The translations under genes and the position numbers were made by a program. A stretch of 64,000 nucleotides of DNA, taken from Convolutriloba macropyga (taxonomy: Eukaryota). The stretch lies in contig NC_134476.1 of NCBI RefSeq assembly GCF_964194025.1, positions 4,836,001 through 4,900,000 of the forward strand, in the 5' to 3' direction. Of the stretch, positions 53,046 through 64,000 are shown in pieces. A model generated the notes under the pieces. That model was not told the DNA's origin, made no database searches, and worked only from the letters and a program-made list of their open reading frames with translations. Every line of letters begins with the position of its first letter. The first letter of the stretch is position 1.

Positions 53046-56000
53046 ATGGTTGATAAAAAAATTATTGTCTCTGCTGGCTTGTGGTAACGATGGAATTCAC
53101 TATAGATTGACAGCGGAAAAAGCAACTACTGGCCAGTTTACGACGCAGGATTCTCCGTATAAAGTCTCGTACGGCTTGTGGAAATTATGCGTTGAAAGCT
53201 TGTGCGGCAAATACGGTAAAAATTAGTTAAAATAACTTTGACAGACACAATTGCAGATTAGAAGTTAGAGTTAAATTGAATCATTTTTTGCGGTTAAAAT
53301 GAGGGAACCAATTGAATAGGAAGTTTGAAGTTCTATGCGTTATTGGTAATTTACCTTAATTGAACTGTCCTGGTTATATTTTTAAATGGAAATGTGCTAT
53401 TTTAAATAGCAAATTATTTAGTATCTGCAAAAACTCTTGTTAATCTGATCAAAATTTGCCAATTCTGTAAGTCAAGTTTCTATGTGCTGAAGCATTTACC
53501 ATATAAAATTTTATAGTTTCTGTTAAACATTTTTTTTGGTTTTTGTCTTAATTTGACTTCTTTTTGTTTTGAAGATGAGCCGTCTAAAGCAATTGATTTA
53601 GAATTTTTAGCTAAATGAAAAATTTTTGATTGTTGGTAGCAAATCTTCTGTCGCCTCATCTTACCAGATGCCTATCTTGTAATACTCCTTTGTTCCCTTA
53701 GTTCCAAAATTGAAGTGCTCAAACAAAAACAGAAAAATACAAAAAATCTAACGCTGCACGCAAAATTTAACTCAAATAACAACTTAAGTTTTTTCCTTTC
53801 AAAGGTAAAACCATAAAAATTTTCTTAATTTTAGTTTGGAATAATCGAAAAATCTAATATCTGCTGAAATTCTTACCAAACTAAAAAAATTTCTTACCTG
53901 TTTAAACCAAAAAAACACAAATAAAAATCTACTTTTCTTAAAGATTAAAGTATAGTCTGGTTGTTTACTCATTCATAAAAAAAACTTGCTTGATTTGCTC
54001 TAAATCTACAGTCTAAGGTCTTTCCAGAAGTTTTCGAGCCAAAAATTGTTGAGGTTTTCCATTTTTACTGTAAAACTAATTAAAATCTGTCCTAGTTTTG
54101 CAGGAGGTCTTTTATTAAGTGAAATTGTTGCATTCATGAAAACTCTGATCTAATGTTGCCGAGGGTCCTTTATTAGCTGAAACTCTTTGCGCAATTATGA
54201 TACATCAAATTAACGAGAATGAAGATTCGCGGAAAATAATTAGAAACAAAACAATGGCGTTCTTTTTGATGTATAAACTTTGCTCAAAGAAGAAGTTAGA
54301 GGAAAAGAAAATGAAATCTAGCAACAAGATGATAGAAAAAAAGAATTTGAATAAACAATCGGTAATTGATTTTAAAAAATTGATGCTGGTTTTGAGAATT
54401 ATCCTGTGAGTTTTGTATTCAAAAGCACTCAAAACTTTAAATAGCTTTCAAAACAATCTTTTGGCAAAGTTGATTGCTTTCTCTTCATCTGTGATGCAAA
54501 ATTTTAACAAGAGTTGTTCATTTTTAGCTTCTTAGTTTGCAACTACTAATATGCATCCTGAAAATCAAAATACAAATCGCAAATGCTTTTCAAAATAGTT
54601 TTCTTTCTGTAATATTTAGAATCGATAAAAAAAGAACCAGATGAATCAAATTTTCAAGTCAGCTCTTTCTTGAGATAAATTTTTCTGAAGCAGGTCAATT
54701 AAAAAGTACAAAGTGTATTTTATTCAAGTACGCCATTAGAATTCTCTTTTTATTAAAACTAATTCAATTTTGGTTACGGCATTATAACCCTTTCAACACT
54801 TTTGATCTCATTTTGACAGAAAAATTAAAGAACTGCTTTCGAAGTGTTGACGTGTATTTACAGATTATGATAAATTCAGTGATGCATTCAACGCACGACT
54901 AAGGGCCGCAAGGACATTCTACATTTTGGAGTATCTTGTGGGGGGAGCAGCGTGTTTTGCTCTATTGGCTTCAATCTTGATCGCAGATGTTTTCACCATT
55001 ATTGCGGTTCTCATCGCATCAGCAAATGGTTAAGTAAAAACAATATTGAAGATTTATGACGTTATCTTGTTTTTTAAAACAAAACAATTTGTTTGCTTAT
55101 CTAGTTATTGGATGTGTGATATATTTTATGAAATGAAGCAGGCTGGCCACAGAGTAAAATTTGGCTGGAAATATATTGGACTATAATGTGAGGCGATTTG
55201 CTCTCAAACAACTGGCGAATTGGGGAAAGGGCACCCCGGGGGATGCGGGGGTCAAACTCTAGTAAACACCCTTCACAACATAAATTTATGTCTCCGAAAA
55301 AATTTCGGTGAACCGCATTCTTAGTGTCTAGTAAGTGTAAAGGCTCCAAGAAAACTTACTGCTCTCTATATATTACCTGTTTATCCGGTTTTTCAGGACC
55401 AAAACTTCAATTTTTTTAGAAAAATGATCAAGTCAAAAATCGAAAAAAAAATCCGGACTAATTTAATCGGTAAAAATTTTGCTTGAGAGCAATTAATCAT
55501 AACTACTGTTGAAAACATTATACTGAAAGCTCATAGCCTATGGACGAATTGGATTTTCGGTTCAAATATTTTTATGGATATAGATTTTCTGATCAATATG
55601 ATATTGCCCAAGATAATGCCTCATTGAATGATGAAAAAGTTCGAGTTTGTTTGTGAAGTTCGTATGGCCATTCGTATTGACAAACATTCTCAAAAAATTA
55701 TTCATTGTAGGCTATAAAATATACATTTTCACCAAAAATTGCATTAATAGTTCTAAATTCGGGAAACTCTTTCAATTAAAAAAATGCTTTTTCATCTTCA
55801 AGTCATCTGCAAAGAAGCCTCAAAAACAAACCCGCTCAAGAATTGAAATATCTTCAGAGAATCTGAACAAAGAATGAAGTTAATTTTGTAAGAATATGCA
55901 ACTTGCAAGAGTAACATTGTCTCAAAAGATCTTGCAAGATAAAGTCCTTTTAGAATGTAGCAAATGGTTGCAAGATTAACATACAGTCCCGGCCAGGGTT

Positions 56001-56797
56001 CGAAAACTTGGAGTTGGGCTTTGCATGCTGCTCTATGCCATAGTTGTGACAACCTATTGAACAGACAAAAAACCAAAAATATCATGAACCCGCAAAACGT
56101 ATACTTTTGCCACAAATGCATTCTCTGAGGCTTAAGTGGAAAATCGCGACAAAAGCTTCAATTAACAAATTTTTAATTTGTTTTTACACGCTATTCTAAA
56201 GCATTTGTGTAGAACTGAAGAACTTTTGAAAAACAGTTACTCTTGCAAACGGTAAAATTTGCAGCTAAATGTCGAAACTTGATAATTTCTTCGATTATGG
56301 GAAATTTCATTACTATCATAGAGTATCACAGAGCTTCAATCACTGTTACTTTTGCAAGTGTGCAAAACAAAAAATGAACAACAAACAAGCATAGAAAAAA
56401 GTTTTTATGTTTCCAGAAAACAGTAAAAAAAACATAAATTGGTCATATAAAAAGACTATAAATTGAAGGTTTCTCACAATCTGATGAACTAAATGAAAGC
56501 AAAAGTTTGCTAATCAAAAATTTGTTTACTTTTTGAAAGAAAATTAGCAGTCTTTTTGAAAAATAATCAGGCTAAAGATATTTATATTTGAGTAACATTG
56601 TTCTATTTGATTTAATTTATAAATTTTCTCCATTTTCAGCTGTACTACTGATATTGGCTAATATGTGCCAGAGTCTGGCCTATAAAGAACTCCCTGATGG
56701 TGGCTCTGTGGGCTATAGCAGTGTCATACCCTGGATAGGGATTGTACCCGCAATCGCTGGTGTTCTTTTGGCGCTCCTCATAAAGATAAAGCAGTGA
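53046..56797 (+). pseudogene. Claudin/PMP22-like psiC'; exons 53046-53215 (frameshifted), 54864-55028, 56640-56797
   Basis: MVDKKIIV, then a ~41-nt deletion relative to C removes most of TM1 and gives a stop after 13 codons. The rest of exon 1 (LLACGNDG...SYGLWKLCVESLCGKY), exons 2-3 and all splice sites are intact. Confidence 0.8.
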
Positions 56798-59164
56798 TTA
56801 CGTAACCCGAATTGATTACGTAATCCTGTCAAACTATTGTTATGAAACCTATTCTGACGCAAAAACGTTAAACTGTTGGAGGAAATCTAAAATTTAAATG
56901 AAAGATTAATTTGAAATTGTAAATTAAATAGTTTTATTTATAATACAATATTATTGAACTCCATAATTTGTTTTGATTGAAATTCTAATTTCTCAGCAGC
57001 TCTTTTAATTGACAATCAATCCCATTGCGTGTTCAAGGTCTGAAAAAAAAACAAATTTCAAAAAAATTTGTGTTTTGTTAAATCAAATAGACAAAACGTG
57101 TGGTACAAGAAAATCAATCAGCAACTTCTCCAGGGTTTCCATTCAAACGGTTCTCTGACGCTGCTCTTGATAGGGTAAGCTAGAGGGAAAAAATTTCTGA
57201 GGGAACTGTAATAAACTCGTTTTTAGATTGATTTAATAACTCAGTTTTAGTAATACCCATTTAACAAGTCTTGGACGCCAAATATGAACAATTGCCAAAA
57301 GGCTATACAACTCGTGTATCCAATGCCAGAGAGTTTTTTACAGTAGATTTTATTTTGCAAGAAGTGCGAGATGTGCCTGGAAAAAAAACATCACATGATC
57401 AAACATTATCTAGAAAAGAACAAAGTTGGCTTCCTATTACTACATCTTCAAAAAATTGATGTAATTGTCACTCTAAAAAAATGCAAAAATTGTTTGTTTT
57501 TGATTGCGTTGATTTTTTCCCTCCTAATATTTCACTTTTATTTTGTTAAGTTTAACATGTGTTGTCTGTAGAGTTGTATATTAATCTGACTTCTCTGATT
57601 CGGGCAACTAAAAAGCGGACCAATAAGGATAATCTGAACTAGCTACGTAAAAACAATTATAAACACGTCAAAAATATTATAAACACGTTGCATTTTACTG
57701 GCATGTGTTATGGAAACTGGTTTAAAAACTTATTTTAATGGTTTTTCAAAATGTCGCTAAGCGATTTTTAACAAAATCGATTTTCAACAAAATCAAGCAT
57801 TGTTAACAAAACCATTTTTCAGGGACCCCTTAGCCGCTAAAAATTTTCTTTTTAGTAATTTTTTGGAGTTCAAGCACTTTATCAATCTCTGTAATATAGC
57901 CTTTCAAATGTAATTCGTACCGTGAACGTTAATTTACTCGGTAATTTAGTCAACGATTCTCTGAAAATTATTCTATTATACTTTGAAATTTGTTTGTGAT
58001 GTTTTGAAGTTTAATTTGTTGTACTCTGAAATTTTCTCATTTCTGCACTAAAAATTGCTCTGTGCTATTCTGAAACTTTTTCTGTGACAGTCTAAAAATA
58101 GCTCTGTGATACTTTGAAAACATCTCTGTGGCCCGTAGCCTCAGAGATATTCTATCCAGATTTTGCTTGATCTGTGTAAATATCCAGAACCATTACGTTT
58201 TCTCAGCTAAAAAGTTGAAAATGACACGCAAGACGAGAGTCCTTCCTGCCATTAAATCACAGTACGGGAAGCTTAACTTTGTTGTTTATTAAAAAATCGT
58301 ATAAACTTCAGCTTTTTGTGTCATAGGTTTACGCCTGGGAACTTTATCGTTGAGAATCTTCTCTGTAGTTTGTAAAAAAGGCATAATGATGATTTAGAGC
58401 TCTGGCCGATACCGGATGCTAATTTTTGCAAGATGCTTGCAAAAAGATGTTAATCTTGCGAGATCGTGCGAGACGATTTTAGTGTTTCAAGATATTGCCA
58501 GAATCTTGCAAGATTCATATCCGAGTGTCATTCCTTGAAATTTTCTCAAATATTACAGGAAACCTAAATGTAATGTAGAGTTTTTATTTTAAATCATGAT
58601 TTTACTAATTATATTCAATGCTTGTTTTTGATAACTTATGTCTAAATATGGAGATCGAGTTATTACTATAACATTAGTTTCGGAAACGCGATTTTTTTAC
58701 TCTCACGTATAATAGATAGTAAGAGTAAATAAAGATATAAAATATACCTGATTGCTTAATTGCTCAAGTCCTTCGAAAAATCAAATTTTTTATATCAATT
58801 CAATTTACAGTTCGTTGATCTGCTAAGTCAATATAAACAAAAATCTTTGTTATTTTGCCCAGTTTAACAATCAATATGTTGTAAAACTCAAAACGGGCAT
58901 TGATTCGATGTAATTTGCTAATTATAGCAAAACCAAACCAAACTAATTCTGAAAAGTTTACGGAAAGTCTAAAAGAACCAGCGCACAAACTTCGATTTCA
59001 ACAAATACAACTCAACAACAAAGTTTAAACAAGAATTTAACACAAAGTTTAAATAACTCTTCAAAATGATGTGAAATTTAGTTGTAAAATCGCAATCGTA
59101 GCCATAAACCATATTGAAATAACTAACTAGAATTAGTCATAAATAAATTTCCAAAATTGTCAAA

Positions 59165-59529
59165 ATGATGGAAAAACGTCGATTGTTAATTTCAATAGGA
59201 GCGGGTTTAGTTCTGTCCAGTTTATTGTGGGCACTTCTGGCTAATGGAAAGTCTGGCTACACTGGTTTTATCAGCGAGCCATTTCTCCTTGTCGAATACT
59301 CCTATGGGTTGTGGAAATACTGCGAGAATGAGAAATGTTACAAATATGGTAAGTTATGACGTCATCAAAATCCAGACTGATTTAGGCCTGCTTATCATTG
59401 CTATCGTGATTTTGTGTCTCTGAAAGTCGACGTTTACTAAAATACTTAACAGAGTAAAGGTCACAATGTGAGAAAAACACATTTCCATGACAAAGTTGAG
59501 CTAAAAAGACATAGCTTATGAAAACTTCA

Positions 59530-59577
<48 letters not shown>

Positions 59578-62500
59578 CATTGTAGAATAATATTCATTAC
59601 TTATTACCTGAAAACTTTTGAACTTTTTTCTCCTAGTTATGAAAATTTAGCTTATAATCATATTCTAACGCCTTTGGTTTTTTGATTTTATAAAACTCAT
59701 TTAAGTTTTTACTAAGATATTTCGGCTCAATCGGTTGCTTGCGATGTTTAGATTCAAATAAAAAACATTGCACAGAAGATAATTTACTTTTCATAAAGAA
59801 TGAGAAAAAAATTGAACTCATTGCACGCTTTTTTTCTGACCACTCTCAAATGAATTTATATTTTTGCTTATAATTGTAGCATCATCAGCCAAGAAATTAT
59901 TGAGTTCTCATCAAAACTTGATGATAAATTCCATTTTTTTAAGTTACAAATCATTTAATAAAGTGCAGCTTACACTGCTGCATCACGTTCCCATCTAAAA
60001 AAACATTTTTTTGCTGAAAACCTGCTGAGATTATTTGTCATCAGCAGAAACATTATTTAAGTTCTCATCATTACACTGCTGTATCTCCCTACTCAATTAA
60101 AGTATCATCTATTATGATGTCGCGTCTTGAATTACCGCCCAAAATTACTTTCAAAGGGTCGAAACAAAACCTCGTGTAGTGAAACAGGAGAAACTTCTAC
60201 TGTGAGGCTCAATTGTCACTAAGCTCGCAAATTAAAGACAAATGTCTTGTTTTAAAATGCATCTTCAGAAAACTAGTTTATTCACCATTTTTTTTAGTAT
60301 TTTCAGTATTTTCAGTTTTCAGTATTTTCAATTTAAAAATTGCAATCTGCAAAATTATTTTGATTTAACTCTTTAAAAATTTTTTAACATTTAAGATATT
60401 CCTTAACATTCAAAATATTATTTAACATTTAAAATATTCTTTAACATTTTACTCTTTAAAATTTATACTATTTAAATTTATATATTCATTCAAAATCGAA
60501 ATAAGCGCCTGTGTTTGTAAATAGAAAGCGTTGTTAACAATAGAGTTTTTAAAGACGACATGAAATGTAAAAATTGATAAATATAGCTAAGGTCTCAAAA
60601 AAATTAGGCAAGGAAAAACTATTAGTTGAATCTGTTATCTTTTCTTTTTAGAAAAGGAGATAATAAAAAAGATTCAATGAATTATTTTTACAGACAGTAA
60701 TAGATAAAAACAATTAATACCAAATTATTGTTTGAGACTTCAGTTATAAGTTGGATAAAATGCTTTCGTCTGCACAACTGAGCAAATTTTGAAATAACTG
60801 CATGAAACCATTGGTAGCAAAACGGTAGCACATGCAAAACTAGCATGATCATATTTTTCACGAAATTAGGTTTTATACTACCAGTTTGGACAATCCGTTT
60901 TTATTGCGCCAGCATAAACTATACCATCACATCTAGGGACCGAAAACAAATACGCATTGTAGAATAATATTCATTGATTTTTACCTAAAAACTTTCGAAC
61001 TTTTTTCTCTTAGTTACGAAAATATAGCTAATAATCATATTCTAACGCCTTTGGTTTTTTGATTGTATAAAACTCATTTAAGTTTTTACTAAGATATTTC
61101 GGCTCAATCGGTTGCTTGCGATGTTTAGATTCAAATAAAAAACATTGCACAGAAGATAATTTACTTTTCATAAAGAATGAGAAAAAAATTGAACTCATTG
61201 CACGCTTTTTTTCTGACCACTCTCAAATGAATTTATATTTTTGCTTATAATTGTAGCATCATCAGCCAAGAAAATTTTGAGTTCTCATCAAAACTTGATG
61301 ATAAATTCCATTTTTTTAAGTTACAAATCATTTAATAAAGTGCAGCTTACACTGCTGCATCACGTTCTCATCTAAAAAAACATTTTTTTGCTGAAAACCT
61401 GCTGAGATTATTTGTCATCAGCAGAAACATTATTTAAGTTCTCATCATTACACTGCTGTATCTCCCTACTCAATTAAAGTATCATCTATTATGATGTCGC
61501 GTCTTGAATTACCGCCCAAAATTACTTTCAAAGGGTCGAAACAAAACCTCACGTAGTGAAACAGGAGAAACATCTACTGTGAGGCTCAATTGTCACTAAG
61601 CTCGCAAATTAAAGACAAATGTCTTGTTTTAAAATGCATCTTCAGAAAACTAGTTTATTCACCATTTTTTTTAGTATTTTCAGTATTTTCAGTTTTCAGT
61701 ATTTTCAATTTAAAAATTGCAATCTGCAAAATTATTTTGATTTAACTCTTTAAAAATTTTTTAACATTTAAGATATTCCTTAACATTCAAAATATTATTT
61801 AACATTTAAAATATTCTTTAACATTTTACTCTTTAAAATTTATACTATTTAAATTTATATATTCATTCAAAATCGAAATAAGCGCCTGTGTTTGTAAATA
61901 GAAAGCGTTGTTAACAATAGAGTTTTTAAAGACGACATGAAATGTAAAAATTGATAAATATAGCTAAGGTCTCAAAAAAATTAGGCAAGGAAAAACTATT
62001 AGTTGAATCTGTTATCTTTTCTTTTTAGAAAAGGAGATAATAAAAAAGATTCAATGAATTATTTTTACAGACAGTAATAGATAAAAACAATTAATACCAA
62101 ATTATTGTTTGAGACTTCAGTTATAAGTTGGATAAAATGCTTTCGTCTGCACAACTGAGCAAATTTTGAAATAACTGCATGAAACCATTGGTAGCAAAAC
62201 GGTAGCACATGCAAAACTAGCATGATCATATTTTTCACGAAATTAGGTTTTATACTACCATACCCCAATGCTTATCGTCAGAGCTTGGACGAAAAAGATC
62301 TTATTGAGACTTCCCTAAAATTTACCTATCTTTTTTTCATATAATTTTTTTCGAAATATTTTCCACTTTTATTTTTGGGCTTGTATTTTTTCGCTTTTTT
62401 TTCCAATATGTACCAAAAAACAAAACTTTGTAGCCATGTATAGGGAAAAAATTGTTACTATTTACTATTTTCGAGAAATGAACAATTGAAGCTAAAAATT

Positions 62501-62682
62501 AGTATTGTTTGCTTTAGATTTTGACAATCTGGAACGAAGTTTCGTGATGAAGATGAAATCAGCGAGAGTTTTCTACATGGCTCTCTGTCCATTTGCAGCC
62601 GCAGCTTTCACGGGGTACATGCTGGCTTCGGTTCAAGGAAACAGACCTCTTGTACTCTCAATTACATGCTCTGCAATTCAGG
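59165..62682 (+). CDS. Claudin/PMP22-like gene B', exons 59165-59348 and 62518-62682; exon 3 expected just beyond the window
   Basis: Same translation as B exons 1-2 except G13A; GT-AG phase-1 sites. Confidence 0.85.
59533..59575. repeat. (TA)n microsatellite
   Basis: Direct TA run in B' intron 1. Confidence 0.95.
59577..62260. repeat. Near-identical 1.3-kb tandem duplication in B' intron 1 (59577-60883 and 60954-62260)
   Basis: Both copies begin GCATTGTAGAATAATATTCATT and end TTTTATACTACCA; 70-bp unique spacer; single copy in gene B. Confidence 0.9.
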
Positions 62683-64000
62683 GTATTATTATAACTAATT
62701 ATCATCATTTAAAAAAAACACATTAATTCCTGAAATGATATATAAAATAAATCATGCTTGTAGAGTATGTAGTAAAAAAAGAAATTATGTTGTTTTAATC
62801 GAAACACTTTGAGATTTTATCAAAAACAAGCTGAAAACTCAAAATCAATGTAATTCGAAATTTTGGAAACCAATGAATCAAAAAAGGAAACCAAAATATC
62901 TTACACGTGCTTGATAGTTATCGAAAAAAAGTTAAATTGTAAACAGTCATCCTGTCAGGTTACATTGCAAAGCTAATGAAATCCTTTGCACCCCAGTAAC
63001 TTAATCACATTTTTTCACAGATTTACTGGAAAAAGTGAGGCAAAACTGTCTGACTGTCTGATGGAAACAATTTCACACTCATTACGCCGCAGAGGTATAC
63101 CCAAAACGTCAAGGGCAAATCTGCCCAATCTGCGTATCTCTTGTTCGTTTTATCTATGTTAATACATTGAATATGCAACAATATTGCAAAAAATAGCTAT
63201 TTTAGCAAAAACAGGCCGAATTGAAGAGAATTGCGCAAACCTTCTTCGCAAAATTGTCCAAATTTTAACAGCGAAATTGAGATACAAGCTATTTAACCTA
63301 TTTTTTGCGCGCTATGTATCAAGAATCTGCTCGATTTATGTATCTCTTTTTCGCACGCAACATAACTCGATTTCGCACTATAATCCGCAATTAGGCCAAA
63401 TTCAATACGCGATTTTGAGCATGAAAAAGTGGTTATTAAAACTATTAATTGATAACTGGTAAATTAAAGCGAACAAACGCACGCAAATGGAGACACGTAC
63501 ACGCGAAAATCCGTGTAAGCAAACACATCCCCACATACACAAACACCTTTTTTGAGCGAGAAATTTATCAGAAAAAAATCAGTTTTTAGGGCGCTGGGAC
63601 GTACACCATATGTGCCACAAAATAGATTCGGCCAGTGAAAATAGATTCGGCCAGTCCCAAATTAGCATCGCGCAAAACTTTTTTTTGAGCAAGGAATTTT
63701 TCAGAAAAAAAATCAGTTATTGTGGCGCTGGGACGTAGAGCATAATATTTGTTGCCACTCAAAATAAATTTAATTTACTTCGTCTTTAAAGCTGTTTGTA
63801 ATTAATATTTGTCTTTAAATCACCTTAAAGCTTTAAAAGAAAAACTTTATACTTTAAAAGAAAAAAAGCCTCTAGAAAAACTTTATTAAAGCGCTTATTA
63901 CAAAGTATTAAACCACTTATGCATGCTACAAAAAGCGCGCGTTTAATTAGGCTCAAAAAGCGCGCTTTTAATTAGAGCTGCTTTTTGATGCAAAAAATAG

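Larger units (their letters stand above)
39901..64000. repeat. Right arm of large inverted duplication (or haplotype 2)
   Basis: Mirrors 4848-39023; lacks the 13-kb element, carries extra ~44360-47910 and a 1.3-kb tandem duplication. Confidence 0.85.

Overview
AT-rich, intron-containing animal DNA (the style suggests an invertebrate such as a hydrozoan; inference only) with two N gaps (27369-27640, 39701-39900). Most six-frame ORFs are noise. Three real structures stand out. (1) A tandem array of small three-exon, four-TM claudin/PMP22-superfamily genes (G[LMV]W-x2-C...C loop motif, two phase-1 introns): A(partial)-B-C-D-E(partial) on the minus strand, mirrored by E'-D'-psiF-psiC'-B' on the plus strand. 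(2) The mirror itself: about 4848-39023 recurs inverted at 39901-64000 around the 200-N gap, with mosaic identity. It is either a real palindromic duplication or two divergent haplotypes joined head-to-head. (3) A 13,029-bp element (10159-23187) with Polinton/Maverick-type termini (AGTAGTAGT...ACTACTACT, 6-bp GTTACT target duplication) that is almost entirely a fold-back palindrome. It has ~5.3-5.5-kb arms, no polymerase/integrase/capsid ORFs, a decayed spliced cargo gene in each arm, and a duplicated centre whose two copies each carry a GC-rich Y-shaped hairpin. This snap-back Polinton-like derivative is the best candidate for an undescribed system.
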